64,000 nucleotides of DNA from an uncultured Chloroflexia bacterium (GCA_963706695.1 CAVPNC010000020.1:72372-136371), one strand, 5' to 3'. Numbered from the stretch's first letter, positions 9,422 through 19,774 are shown. The notes: a model not told the origin generated them from the letters alone. Made by a program: numbers and translations.

Positions 9422-10932
9422 TCACGGGAGCCGGTGGGAGATCGGCGCCACCGCCGGATAGACCTCGCGATAGCGCCCGTACAGCTCCGAGTAGGCCGCG
9501 TGGCGCGTCGGATCCGGCTCGTACGTGTCGGTGAGCTCCAGGAAGCGCTCCGCACCCTCGGCCGCAGAGGGCCACAAGCCGGCTCCGGCACCCGCCAGGA
9601 GGGCGGCCCCGAACGCGGCCGCCTCGGTGATCCGCGGCGTGATGACGGGGATCCCCGTGATGTCCGCCTTCAGCTGGAGCCAGAGCCTCGATCTCGCGCC
9701 GCCCCCGATGGCCCGCAGCACGTCGATGTCCACTCCCCCATCGCGCAGCAGGTCAAGGTTCAGTCGCAGCTCGTAGGTCAGGCCCTCGAGGATGGACTTG
9801 GCCAGGTCGGTCCGCGTGGTGGAGAAGGTCAGGCCCAGGATCGCGCCCTTGGATGCGGTGTCGAAGGTGGGAGTACCCGCGCCGGCGAAATGCGGCAGGG
9901 TCAGCAGCCCCGTCGGCTCCAGAGAGGCGCCCTCGAGGATGAGGTCGTAGGCGTCAGCACCCGAGTCGGTGGCGCGAGCCAGCTGCGGCTCGCAGAAGCC
10001 ATCGCGGAACCAGCGCAGGGCGAGCCCACCGCTGTGGTTCAGGGTCATGGCCAGGAACAGCGCTGGCACTGTCGCCCGATAGACGCTGATGTTGCCGTCG
10101 TAGAGCGGCTTCGACACGACCGGCGACCCCAGAGCGACCTCGACCACCTCCGCGGTGCCGGTCGAGACCATCGCCAGTCCGGGCCGGGTGAGGCCCACGC
10201 CGAGCGCCCCGCAGGCCTGGTCGTGACCGCCGCCACGACCCGGGGAGCCGACGCCAACCCCAGTCGCTCGGTCAGCGCAGGCGAAAGGCGGCCGACCGGC
10301 GTCCCCGAGGGCACGACCTCGGCGAGGCGGTCAGACGAGAGCTCGAGTAGGTCAAGGATCTCGGCCGACCATGTGCCCGCGTGGAGGTCGTAGAGCTGCG
10401 TCCGCGAGGCCAGGCACGAGCTGATGGCGGCCTGGCCCGTCATGCGCGCGATGAGGAAGTCCTCGACCAGCAGGAAGCGGTCGGCGGTGGCCCAGATGTC
10501 AGGCTCATGCTCGCGCATCCAGAGCAGCTTGGGCAGCGTGTTGACGGTGTGGATGGGCATGCCCGTCCGCTCGAAGAGCGCCTGCGCCCCGAAGCGCTCG
10601 TGGAGCCAAGCGTTCTGAGCATCGGTGCGCGTATCCATGCCCAGGATCGTCGGTCGCAAGGGTCGCAGCGCGGCGTCGACAGGCGTGACGGCCTCACCGT
10701 GGACCGAGAGCCCGATGGCCGCCACCTCGTCCACGCCGGCGGCGGCGATCGCCTCCGACATCGACTCCAGCGCGAAGGCCCAGACGGCCTCGATGTCCTG
10801 CTCCGCCCACGTGGGACGGGGCAGGTCCACGGGGTACTCGCGACTGGCGCTCGCGAGCAGCGACCCGTCGGCATCGAACACGACGGCCTTGCAGCCAGTG
10901 GTGCCGACATCGAGCCCGATGAGAGCGGTCAT
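9422..10932 (-). pseudogene. FGGY-family carbohydrate kinase (xylulokinase-like), one frame break near 10230
   Basis: ORF 10045..10932 (GLDVGTTGCKAVVFD) continues in ORF 9422..10198. The expected VVAGGHDQACGALG motif is recovered by adding one G in gtggcggcggtcac. Its start overlaps the URO-D-like gene stop. Confidence 0.8.
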
Positions 10933-12068
10933 GCAGGAACGGCTCCGTGAGCCAGTGCGGCCTGGTACATGACCTCGATGCGATCGGGCGAGACGTCGGG
11001 CTGGATGTTGTGCGCGGCGCAGAAGACGTAGCCGCCGCCCTTGCCCAGCGTCTCGATGCTGTAGTCCACTTCGCGACGGATCTCGTCATGGGTCGCTCGG
11101 GGCAGGACCTGCTGCACATCGATGCCGCCGCCCCAGAAGGCCAGCTCGGTGCCGAACTGCCGCTTCATCTCCGCGATGTCCATCTTTGCCGCGCTGCGCT
11201 GGATGGGATTGAGCGCGTCCACCCCGCACTCGATGAGATCGGGGAGGAGGTCGAAGACGGAGCCACAGCTGTGCATGAAGACCTTCGCGTCCGTCTCGCT
11301 GTGGATGAAGTCGTACAGCTCCTTCAGGTACGGCTTCACGTCAGCACGGAACATCTCAGGCTTGATCCAAGGGGCCTTCTGCGTGCCCAGGTCATCGCCC
11401 TGTGCGACCACCTGCACGTACGGCTCCACCTGCTGCAGGAAGAGATCCCACAGCTGGATGTCCGTCTGGGTGATCTTGTCGAGGATGGCGTGGGCCATGT
11501 CGCGGTTCCAGTAGAGGTCCATGCAGAACTGCTCGTAGCCGCGCATGAAACAGGCGCCCTCGAACGGCCCCAGGCACATGATGTCAGCCACGACCGCGTA
11601 GTCGGTCTCCTCGAAGAGACGGCGCGCCTCCTCGCGCACGCCGGCCACGCGCCCCGGGTCGTAGGGGTCGGGCCACTGTACGGACTCGAGGTCGCTCGGC
11701 CGCTCCAGGTCGGCGAAGGGACGCTCGACCACGTCGTAGTAGAAGGAGGCCTTCTGCCAGGTCAGGTCGTACTCGTCGACGAAGCGGTCGCCCGGCAGCT
11801 CCCTGGTCTCGAACGACCACGGCCCCTTGAGGTGGACCGCCCGGGCATCGGCGTCGTAGCGCTGCAGCAGGTCGTCGCGCGGGTAGACGGTGTCCATCTG
11901 TCGATGCGAGATGTCAGGCTCCGGGTCGGGCGGCAGGCCCAGGTGCTCGAGCAGGTTCTGGTAGGCGATGCGGGTGGCAGTCGTGACGATGGTGGACCCC
12001 AGGTCGATCGGCACGCGATCGGTCTCCTGATGGCTCAGCGCCGCCACGACGCGCTCTCGATGGTTCAC
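10929..12068 (-). CDS. Uroporphyrinogen decarboxylase (URO-D) family protein, MtaA/CmuA-like, embedded in a sugar operon
   Basis: Intact 379-aa ORF. The overall pattern (N-terminal RERVVAALSHQETDRVPIDLG, C-terminal CAAHNIQPDVSPDRIEVM) matches URO-D-fold proteins as I recall them. Confidence 0.7.
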   Translation of the reverse strand: MNHRERVVAALSHQETDRVPIDLGSTIVTTATRIAYQNLLEHLGLPPDPEPDISHRQMDTVYPRDDLLQRYDADARAVHLKGPWSFETRELPGDRFVDEYDLTWQKASFYYDVVERPFADLERPSDLESVQWPDPYDPGRVAGVREEARRLFEETDYAVVADIMCLGPFEGACFMRGYEQFCMDLYWNRDMAHAILDKITQTDIQLWDLFLQQVEPYVQVVAQGDDLGTQKAPWIKPEMFRADVKPYLKELYDFIHSETDAKVFMHSCGSVFDLLPDLIECGVDALNPIQRSAAKMDIAEMKRQFGTELAFWGGGIDVQQVLPRATHDEIRREVDYSIETLGKGGGYVFCAAHNIQPDVSPDRIEVMYQAALAHGAVPA

Positions 12069-12120
12069 GTCACCCTCCCTGAGTGCTCGTTGACCTCGTT
12101 CGGACCCGCCCGCGCCGCCG

Positions 12121-13140
12121 CTAGGACGGGGCGGGCGCGGGTCTCGCTTCGGGTGGGCTCGAATCTCCCTTGTCCACGCGGATGTTGCGGCGCTCGAGGC
12201 GCGCCAGCAGGCGCATGCGCTGGGCGTCTACGAAGACGGCGAAGAAGATGACCGAGGCGGCGACCATGTCCTGCAGGTAGAGGTCGACCTGCAGGTAGAC
12301 GAGGCCGGTGGAGATCATCTGCACCAGGAGCACGCCGATGATGGTGCCCGGGAAGACGGCGCCCACACCGCCGAAGAGGCTGGTGCCACCGAGGACGGCG
12401 GCGGCGATGGCACGGAACTCCACGCCTTCCCCGATGCCGGCGCTGACGCTGCCCTGCTGGCTGATGGCGATGACCCCCGCAAGCGAGGCGCAGAAGCCGC
12501 TGATGACATAGACCGAGCCGGTCAGGCGCACGACGTGGAGGCCAGCCTTCATGGCTGCCTCGCGGTCGTTGCCCATGGCGTAGATCTGCCTCCCCATGGG
12601 CGTGAAGCGCAGGAACACGACCGCCGCGATGACCACCAGCGTGAGCACGACCACCGGCAGCGGGATGCCAAAGACGTCCGTGGCCGCATAGGCCATCTCC
12701 GGCGGCAGGATGAACTGGCGCGATTCGGTCAGCAGCAAACCGATGCCGCGACCGACCGTGAGCGTGGCTAGCGTGGCCACGAAGGGCACGAGCCCGACCT
12801 TGGCGATGAGGAAGGCGTTGACGAAGCCCCAGGAGGTGCCGGCCACGATACCGGCGAGGATGGCCACGATGTAGTTGACGTCCTGCTGCAGGAGCGTGCC
12901 CACCACGGCCGCGGTGATGTACATCGTGGCGCCGACCGACAGGTCGATGCCGCCGGTCAGCAGCACCGCCGTCATGCCCACCGCCAGCAAACCCACGAAG
13001 GCTGAGGTCTCGACGATGTTGGAGAAGTTGTCGAGCCGGAAGAAGCGCTCGTCGAGGAGGCTGAAGAGCACGAACACGAACACGAACAGGATCAGCGGCA
13101 TGTTCCGCAGGACCGGCATGGTCAGTCGGTTGTTGCTCAT
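12121..13140 (-). CDS. Sugar ABC transporter permease (CUT2/RbsC-like)
   Basis: Intact 339-aa polytopic ORF. Its start overlaps the ATPase gene stop at 13137-13140. Confidence 0.85.
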   Translation of the reverse strand: MSNNRLTMPVLRNMPLILFVFVFVLFSLLDERFFRLDNFSNIVETSAFVGLLAVGMTAVLLTGGIDLSVGATMYITAAVVGTLLQQDVNYIVAILAGIVAGTSWGFVNAFLIAKVGLVPFVATLATLTVGRGIGLLLTESRQFILPPEMAYAATDVFGIPLPVVVLTLVVIAAVVFLRFTPMGRQIYAMGNDREAAMKAGLHVVRLTGSVYVISGFCASLAGVIAISQQGSVSAGIGEGVEFRAIAAAVLGGTSLFGGVGAVFPGTIIGVLLVQMISTGLVYLQVDLYLQDMVAASVIFFAVFVDAQRMRLLARLERRNIRVDKGDSSPPEARPAPAPS

Positions 13141-14654
13141 GCCACCTGCTCCCGGAAGGCCGCGCGGAGGATGGTCTCCCGGTCGAAGTCAGCTCGCTCG
13201 AACGAACCGAGCACCTCCCCTTGGCCCATGACCATGATCCGATCGCACATGCCTTCGAGCTCCTCGATCTCGGAGGAGATGAAGAGCACAGCGGTCCCCC
13301 TCGCCGCGATCTGGTCGATGATCTCGTAGATCTCGTACTTGGCGCCCACGTCAACGCCGCGAGTGGGCTCGTCGATGATGAGGATGCTCGGCTCGGTCAT
13401 GAGCCACTTGCCCAGCACCACCTTCTGCTGGTTGCCACCGGAGAGGCCCTTGGCCTCGTTGCGGAAGGCGTCGTTGACCTTGATGCTGAGGATCTCCACC
13501 GTCTCCTTGACCGACTTGACCATGGCGCTCGAACGCACGCGCTTGAGCCAGCGGGTGGTGTAGTCGGGCAGGGCCGCGAGCGCGAGGTTGTCGGAGACCG
13601 TCGCCTCCATCATCAGACCCTCCTCACGCCGGTTCTCTGTCACGAAGGCCATGCCGCCCTTGATGTTGCGCGTCGGTGAGAGCTTCTCGGCCGGCGTGCC
13701 GTCGATGAGGATCTCGCCCTCGTCGAAGTCCTCCAGTCCAAAGATGATCTCGGCCAGCTCGGAGCGCCCGGACCCCATCAGGCCGAAGACACCCAGGATC
13801 TCGCCCTTGTGCAGCTGCAAGTCGATCCGATGGCTGATACCGGCCTTCGAGAGGTTCCGCACCTCGAGCTTCAGCTCGTCGGTCGGTGGCGCCGTCCGCT
13901 CGGGATAGAGGTGCGCGATGTCACGGCCGACCATCGAGCTGATCATGCGGTCGATGGTGAACTCGTCCCTGGGGCCGGTGACCACGAGGTTGCCATCGCG
14001 CAGGACCGCCACGGCATCGGACAGGCGCATCACATCGCCCAGGATGTGGCTGATATAGATGATGGTCTTGCCATCGTCGTGAAGCCGGCCGATGAGGTCG
14101 AAGAGGCGGTCGGTCTCGCGCTTGGTGAGCGAGGTCGTGGGCTCGTCGAAGATGATGATGGCCGCGTCCATGGCCAGTGCCTTGGCCACTTCCACCAGCT
14201 GTCGCTCACCGGGCGCCAGCCGCTCCACCGCCATGTCCGGCGAGCGGTCGAGGTCGACCATGGCCAGGTATTCCCGCGCGCGATTGTTGAGGTCGCGCCG
14301 GTTGAGCAGCGGCAGGCGTCCGGCCGTGGGGAAGTCGCTGATGAAGAAGTTCTCGGCGATGGACAGGTTGGTGAAGAGGTTCAGCTCCTGGTGGATGAAG
14401 GCGATGCCGGCGGCATCGGCGTCACCGGGGTCTTCGGGCTGGTACGCCTCGCCGTTGAGCAGCATCTGCCCGGAGGTCGGTGGGACCACCCCACCGAGGA
14501 TGTTCATCAGCGTGGACTTGCCGGCACCGTTCTCACCCACCAATCCGATGGTCGTGCCGCGTTCGACGTCGAGGTCGATGCCGTTGAGCACTGGCACCCC
14601 GAAGAAGGCCTTGTGGATGTCCTTGAACTGGAGGATCAGATCACTCATCGTCAC
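13137..14654 (-). CDS. Sugar ABC transporter ATP-binding protein, duplicated ATPase (RbsA/MglA-like)
   Basis: Walker A motifs GENGAGKST and GLMGSGRSE; signature motifs LAPGERQ and LSGGNQQK; 505 aa, intact. Confidence 0.9.
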   Translation of the reverse strand: MTMSDLILQFKDIHKAFFGVPVLNGIDLDVERGTTIGLVGENGAGKSTLMNILGGVVPPTSGQMLLNGEAYQPEDPGDADAAGIAFIHQELNLFTNLSIAENFFISDFPTAGRLPLLNRRDLNNRAREYLAMVDLDRSPDMAVERLAPGERQLVEVAKALAMDAAIIIFDEPTTSLTKRETDRLFDLIGRLHDDGKTIIYISHILGDVMRLSDAVAVLRDGNLVVTGPRDEFTIDRMISSMVGRDIAHLYPERTAPPTDELKLEVRNLSKAGISHRIDLQLHKGEILGVFGLMGSGRSELAEIIFGLEDFDEGEILIDGTPAEKLSPTRNIKGGMAFVTENRREEGLMMEATVSDNLALAALPDYTTRWLKRVRSSAMVKSVKETVEILSIKVNDAFRNEAKGLSGGNQQKVVLGKWLMTEPSILIIDEPTRGVDVGAKYEIYEIIDQIAARGTAVLFISSEIEELEGMCDRIMVMGQGEVLGSFERADFDRETILRAAFREQVA

Positions 14655-14660
14655 GGTCCC

Positions 14661-15758
14661 TCACGCCTGCTGCAGCGCCAGGCGCCGGCGCACGACGTCG
14701 AGCAGGGCGGCCAGCAGGATGACCGAGCCCTTGACGATGGCCACGTAGAAGTAGGGCACGTTGAGCAGTGACAGGGCGTTGCTCAGGAGGACCAGGAAGA
14801 CCACACCGAAGACCGTCCACATGATCTTGCCGCGCCCGCCGAAGAGGCTGGTGCCGCCGATGACGACCGCGGCGATGATGTCGAGCAGCAGCGGCTCGCC
14901 CAGCGTCGGCCGGCCCTGCTGCACGCGGGCGGTGTAGATGATCGAGGCCGCGGCGGCACAGACGCTGCTGAAGATGTAGGTGGCCACGATGACCTTCTTG
15001 ACCGGCACGCCGGAGACAAGTGCTGCCCGCGGGTTGTTGCCGATGCTGTAGAGCCAGCGACCGAAGATGCTGCGCGAGAGCACGAGGTGGGCCACCACCG
15101 CGATGCTGATGGCGATGACCATGGCGACGGAGAAGAACTCCAGGTCGCTCAGCACCGGCAGCGCGAAGTCGTCGCCGATGACGCTGAACGCGTCCGGCAG
15201 ATCGATGATGTTCTCGGACTTGACCAGGTAGATGGCAAGAGCAGCGACGAACATCGACGTCACGAGCGTCACCATGAACGGCGGGATCCGCCCGAAGGCC
15301 ACGGCCACCCCGTTGAAGGCGCCGATGATCAGACCCACCAGCAGCATGGCGATGATGGCCACCGGGATGCCGACGGCGCTGTCGTGCAGGATGGCGCCTT
15401 CCTCGAAGAGCATCAGGTCCCACAGCGGGCTCTTGCGGAACACGATGGGCTGGACCGACTCAGCGATGAAGGCCGCGCCGACGACGCTCGAAAGTGAGAC
15501 CACGGCACCCTGCGAGAGGTCGATGCCGGCGATGATGAGCACGAAGGTCTGCCCCACCGCGATCACCAGCAGCGGCCACATGTTGGAGAGCAGGTTGCTG
15601 ATGTTGCGCGGCGTCGCGACCGTGGGCGACAGGATGTACAGGCCCACGAACATGGCGATGCAGAGATAGAGGATCAGGTACTCCGACATGAGGATGCGCT
15701 TGCCGAAGTTGGCAGCCCGCTCCATGCCGGACGGCTGCGTCGGGGCTGCGGCCGTCAT
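14661..15758 (-). CDS. Sugar ABC transporter permease (second CUT2 permease)
   Basis: Intact 365-aa polytopic ORF in the same operon. Confidence 0.85.
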   Translation of the reverse strand: MTAAAPTQPSGMERAANFGKRILMSEYLILYLCIAMFVGLYILSPTVATPRNISNLLSNMWPLLVIAVGQTFVLIIAGIDLSQGAVVSLSSVVGAAFIAESVQPIVFRKSPLWDLMLFEEGAILHDSAVGIPVAIIAMLLVGLIIGAFNGVAVAFGRIPPFMVTLVTSMFVAALAIYLVKSENIIDLPDAFSVIGDDFALPVLSDLEFFSVAMVIAISIAVVAHLVLSRSIFGRWLYSIGNNPRAALVSGVPVKKVIVATYIFSSVCAAAASIIYTARVQQGRPTLGEPLLLDIIAAVVIGGTSLFGGRGKIMWTVFGVVFLVLLSNALSLLNVPYFYVAIVKGSVILLAALLDVVRRRLALQQA

Positions 15759-15822
15759 CGGTCCCGGTCTCCGCTGTCAGTCGTTCGCTCGTTCATCGTG
15801 TCCCGTGTCAGAGGGCGGTGGT

Positions 15823-15849
15823 GGCGGGTCCCGTCGAGCGGGACCCGCC
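15823..15849 (-). terminator. Intra-operon GC-rich hairpin between the binding-protein gene and the first permease gene
   Basis: An 11-bp perfect stem, ggcgggtcccg / cgggacccgcc, with loop tcgag. It lies 49 nt downstream of the binding-protein stop and has no T-tract. Confidence 0.45.
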
Positions 15850-15897
15850 GGGCGGAAGGGCCAGGCCGAAGCCCACCCCTTCCGCATCAGGTCCCGA

Positions 15898-16911
15898 TTA
15901 CGGGTTGTAGTCGGGGTCGGCCAGCAGGATGCAGCCCCACATGTCCATCTCACGCTCGGCAAGGTTGCCGGCGGTGAGAGCGAACCCGGGGTCGTCCAGC
16001 CAGGCGTCGGGCTGGGTGTCGCCGGCGGCGATGGCCTCCAGGAGGGCATTGAGCATGAGCTCGGCCTCGAGGTAGAGGTCCTGCACGCCGGTGGAGTCCA
16101 CGAAGCCGTCCTTGATCTGGCGGCAGGCGTTGACGTCGCCGTCAAGACCAGCCATCAGGACGTGGTTGGGATCATCACGGGTGACCCACTTGCCCAGCGG
16201 CTCGAAGACGCCCTTGATGGTCGGGAACAGGAAGTCCGACGAGGTGAACAGGAAGTCGATGTCGGGGTTGGCGGCGACGGCTGCCTGCAGGTTGGCCTGC
16301 GCGGTGGCGGCGTCCCAGTTGGTCGGAACCTCGATCGGCTCGCCGAAGAACTCCGGGTCGGAGTTGATGACGTCGTAGAAGCCCTCGTAGCGGCCGACGG
16401 CGTTGGGGTCACCCAGGTCACCGACCATGATGAGCGGCGTCACGCTCTCCTTGCCCATCTCCTTGGCGACGTCGTAGATGTACTGGACGGCGTCGCGGGC
16501 GATGGTGCGGTTGTCCGCCTGGACGACGATGGCCGCGCCATCCTCACCCTGCGGTGGGCGGTTGAAGATGCCGATGGGGATGTCAGCCGCGTTGGCCTCT
16601 TCGATCAGCGTGAGGGCGATCGAGCCATCCTTGGGGATGACGAAGATGCCGTCCACGCCCTGCGCGATGCAGTCGTTCAGTAGCTCCAGCTGCGAGTTCG
16701 CATCCGGGCCGTAGCGCTCGAGGACGTTGTGGCCCTGGGCCGCCAGCGTCTCGGTCATGGCCTTGTGGCCGGCCAGCCAGAACTCGGTCTCGAGGTCCTC
16801 GTGGATGAAGCAGATGTCGAAGCTCTCACTATCCTGAGCCACGACGGGCACAGCAGACAGCGCGAGTGTTGCGACGGCGGCGAGCCCGATGGCTCCCTTG
16901 AGATTGCGCAT
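15898..16911 (-). CDS. Sugar ABC transporter substrate-binding protein (periplasmic binding protein type I)
   Basis: I chose the start at ATG 16911 (MRNLKGAIGLAAVATLALSAVPVVAQ signal peptide), preceded by GGAGGAGAAATCAGGA. The longer ORF to 17208 has an Arg/Gly-rich non-protein-like extension. Confidence 0.85.
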   Translation of the reverse strand: MRNLKGAIGLAAVATLALSAVPVVAQDSESFDICFIHEDLETEFWLAGHKAMTETLAAQGHNVLERYGPDANSQLELLNDCIAQGVDGIFVIPKDGSIALTLIEEANAADIPIGIFNRPPQGEDGAAIVVQADNRTIARDAVQYIYDVAKEMGKESVTPLIMVGDLGDPNAVGRYEGFYDVINSDPEFFGEPIEVPTNWDAATAQANLQAAVAANPDIDFLFTSSDFLFPTIKGVFEPLGKWVTRDDPNHVLMAGLDGDVNACRQIKDGFVDSTGVQDLYLEAELMLNALLEAIAAGDTQPDAWLDDPGFALTAGNLAEREMDMWGCILLADPDYNP

Positions 16912-16988
16912 TCCTGATTTCTCCTCCAGATCAGTGATGTAGACGTCTCCTGACTCTCCCTTTACGCCTTCAGCACCTCCCGTCTTCG

Positions 16989-18401
16989 CTACACATGTCG
17001 GAAGACCTCCCAGTCGAGGTAGTTCTCGAGCGCCTCGGCCACGGCGTCCGCGGTGTGCGCGGGACTCATGGCGCAGTGGTGCTCGAAGCCGACCTTGCAG
17101 ATGAGCTTCAGCAGCGGCTGGAAGTTGGGGATCTCCACCACCGCGCGCGAACCGAAGGTGTCGAGCGGGTCGTCGAGGAACTGCCCCTCCGCCACGTAGG
17201 CCTTGCACTTGCCGTTGACGTCATCGGTGCTGATGCGCGCGATGGTCAGCGGCGCCGCCGGAGCGCGGCCGTTGATGGCGCCGTAGACGTTGTCGTTGCC
17301 GAGGGTGGTCCCGAGCACGTCGGCGATCTGCATCTCGGCCTCGCCTTCGGGGTAGAAGTTGAGCGGCCAGTTGCCGCAGTGGAAGAGGACGCACTTGTCG
17401 GGGTCCTCCCCGTAGTTGTTGTTGAGGTCGACGATGGCGGCCGGCTGCTCGGCGGCCAGCTGCAGGGCGTACATCGAGGCCAGGCCCGTGATGTCCGTCT
17501 CGCAGGCAGACGGCATGAGCTTGTTGCTCATGATGCTCATGAGCGTGCAGACGTTGACGCCGTAGTTCTCCTGCAGCGAGCTCCAGCACTGCATGGCCGT
17601 GGCGTTGAGGTCGTTCTCCGCCATCCAGTCGTCGACGACCACGCCCAGCTTGGCCATCTTCACGAGCTTCTCCGGCGGCACCGTGGGATGGGGCATGTGG
17701 GCCCGGATCTCATCCAGCTTGGCCACCGTCTTGGCGTCGTCGTCGGAGAGGCGGTTGGCGTTGCCGAAGACCTCGCTGAAGTCGATGACGCTGACGGCGA
17801 TGCCGCTGGCCTCCAGCAGCTTCTCGCTGTAGCGCACGGTCTTGAAGGCATCCGGCCGCGTGCCGATGGCGCCGAGACGGGCGTGCTTCATGCCGTTGGC
17901 GACCTTGCACACGCGCACGAACTTGTCGAGGTCAGCGCGGAAGGCGTCCGACTGCACCGGCACCGTGTGGGTCTCGGTCAGCGAGTACTTGAAGCCGTAC
18001 TGGCGCAGGTCGCTGGAGACGGAGATCTTGCCGCAGAAGGCGTCACGCCGGCGGTCGAGGGTGAAGGCCGTGACGTCGTCGGGGTAGGCCTGCAGCAGGA
18101 TGGGCACATCGAGGCCGGACAGCCGCATCGTGTCCGCCACGCCCTTCTCGTCGCCGAAGTTGGGCAGCACCACCAGCACGCCTTCGATGTCCTTGCGTCG
18201 CTGGTCGAAGAGGTCCGCGCAGACCTGCGCCTCGCGCCAGGTCTCGACGCCGCCGAGCTTGGTGGCCTCGGCGTCGAGGATGACGGCCTCGAGGTCCATC
18301 TCCTCGAACAGGGACAGCACGTCCGCGCGTGCCTCGGTGACCAGTGCATCGGGGAAGAAATCGCGGTTCCCGACGATCACTCCCAGGGTTGCTCGTGCCA
18401 T
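16989..18401 (-). CDS. L-fucose/L-arabinose isomerase family protein
   Basis: Intact 470-aa ORF. The N-terminal pattern GVIVGNRDFFPD...VLPNFGDEKGV is typical of the FucI-like family as I recall it. Confidence 0.7.
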   Translation of the reverse strand: MARATLGVIVGNRDFFPDALVTEARADVLSLFEEMDLEAVILDAEATKLGGVETWREAQVCADLFDQRRKDIEGVLVVLPNFGDEKGVADTMRLSGLDVPILLQAYPDDVTAFTLDRRRDAFCGKISVSSDLRQYGFKYSLTETHTVPVQSDAFRADLDKFVRVCKVANGMKHARLGAIGTRPDAFKTVRYSEKLLEASGIAVSVIDFSEVFGNANRLSDDDAKTVAKLDEIRAHMPHPTVPPEKLVKMAKLGVVVDDWMAENDLNATAMQCWSSLQENYGVNVCTLMSIMSNKLMPSACETDITGLASMYALQLAAEQPAAIVDLNNNYGEDPDKCVLFHCGNWPLNFYPEGEAEMQIADVLGTTLGNDNVYGAINGRAPAAPLTIARISTDDVNGKCKAYVAEGQFLDDPLDTFGSRAVVEIPNFQPLLKLICKVGFEHHCAMSPAHTADAVAEALENYLDWEVFRHV

Positions 18402-18426
18402 GTCTCTCCTCCTTGGCCTCTTCTCT

Positions 18427-19773
18427 TCAGTCGGTGGCTAGCTGATCGATGGCTGCAAGCAGCTCGGGCTCGGTGATCGCACCCTGCGACCACTGGTCCT
18501 GCAGCTGCCGCAGGCTGTAGACGGTGGACGGCTTGATCTCGACGTCTGCGGCGGTGATGGGCGTGTCCATGGCCACGGGACGGGTCACCGTGGCGCCGGC
18601 CGCCAGGCCGATGGGCAGCAAGGCCTCCGCCTGCGCGACCTCGTAGCTGTCGATGAGGCTGTAGTAGGCCGTGCCGCCGATGGCGTCGAGCGTGTCGCCG
18701 ACCGCCAGGTCACGCTTGGCCACGGCGAAGACCTCCGAGGTCAGCCGCTCCAGCGGGACCATGTTCGACTGGCGACGGATGGCCAGCATCGCGCAGGTCA
18801 GGGGGACCTCGATGCTGCACAGGTGGAAGGGACGGAAGAGCGTGTAGTAGGGCCCATCGCCCATGTCGCGCAGGACCATGGCCTCGCGCAGGCGCGGGTG
18901 GTCGGTGTGGACGATGAGGAAGACGCCGGGCGCGACCGCTCCGATGCCGTAGTCGACGACACCCATCCGACCCAGCACGCCTCCATCGTCCTGCAGGCGG
19001 AAGACCTCGTGGAGGTGGTCACGGTCGGTCTGCGGGCCGTGCATGCCCCGCACGTCGGGCACGAGGCCCGTGGCGTTGGAGACCGCGGCCATCTCGATCA
19101 TGGTCTTGGAGCCATCCACGAACTCGACCAGCATGTTGGGCGAGAGACCTCGGCGGGCGGCTTCAGCCTGCACCGCCGGGTCGGTCGGTGTGGAGTGGCG
19201 GTCGAGGGGGTTGTTCTTGCCCTTGCCCGCAGCCACGACGGTGAAGCCCATCGACTCGGCCAGGTCGTAGAGCTCCATGCAGGCGGCCGGCTCGTCACCG
19301 GCGGCGAGCGCGTAGAGCACGCCCTTCTGCTTGGCGTACCAGTTCAGCAGCGGGCCCACGGTGATGTCGGTCTCGACGTTCATCATGGCCAGGTCCTGGC
19401 CGTTGCGTGCCGACAGCAGCGCGGCGCGGGTGCCCACTTCGGGCACGCCCGTCGACTCGAGCATGACGTCGACGGTGCGCATGGCCGTGATCACGCGGTA
19501 ATCCGAGACGGCCACGTACTTGCCGGCGTCCACCGCCGCGTCCGCCTCGGCCGGGGTCGCGGCCTCCACGACGTCGCCTTGCACCTGGCCGATGCGGTAC
19601 GCGTCGCGTGCCCGCCCGAGTTCGAGATCGGCGGTCGCGACCACGCGCACGCCCTGCATCTCATGCGTCGTGGCCACCACGTCGGTCCCCATCTGGCCGG
19701 CGCCCACGAGTCCGACCCGCACAGGGCGTCCCGCGGCCTCGCGCTCCTTGAGCTCTGCGTTCAGTCCGATCAC
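18427..19773 (-). CDS. NAD(P)-dependent oxidoreductase with a C-terminal SAF domain (COG4091, homoserine-dehydrogenase-like)
   Basis: Intact 448-aa ORF with Rossmann motif VGLVGAGQMGTD. A paralog lies at 24005..25295. Confidence 0.7.
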   Translation of the reverse strand: MIGLNAELKEREAAGRPVRVGLVGAGQMGTDVVATTHEMQGVRVVATADLELGRARDAYRIGQVQGDVVEAATPAEADAAVDAGKYVAVSDYRVITAMRTVDVMLESTGVPEVGTRAALLSARNGQDLAMMNVETDITVGPLLNWYAKQKGVLYALAAGDEPAACMELYDLAESMGFTVVAAGKGKNNPLDRHSTPTDPAVQAEAARRGLSPNMLVEFVDGSKTMIEMAAVSNATGLVPDVRGMHGPQTDRDHLHEVFRLQDDGGVLGRMGVVDYGIGAVAPGVFLIVHTDHPRLREAMVLRDMGDGPYYTLFRPFHLCSIEVPLTCAMLAIRRQSNMVPLERLTSEVFAVAKRDLAVGDTLDAIGGTAYYSLIDSYEVAQAEALLPIGLAAGATVTRPVAMDTPITAADVEIKPSTVYSLRQLQDQWSQGAITEPELLAAIDQLATD

Positions 19774-19774
19774 G

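Noticed and set aside
10947-12251. Long antisense ORFs opposite intact genes (examples: 10947..12251+, 16995..18476+, 1077..2381-, 2433..3620-, 50162..51937+, 54368..55945-, 57248..58336+, 59377..60321+, 60560..61513-)
   Set aside because: These are the typical shadow ORFs of high-GC DNA. Their composition is Arg/Gly/Ala/Pro/His-rich, they carry no recognisable motifs, and each is fully overlapped by a gene with clear family signatures on the other strand.
15898-17208. 436-aa version of the sugar-binding protein with a 99-aa N-terminal extension
   Set aside because: The extension is Arg/Gly/Ala-rich and overlaps the upstream gene. An internal ATG at 16911 has a strong RBS and starts a canonical signal peptide.
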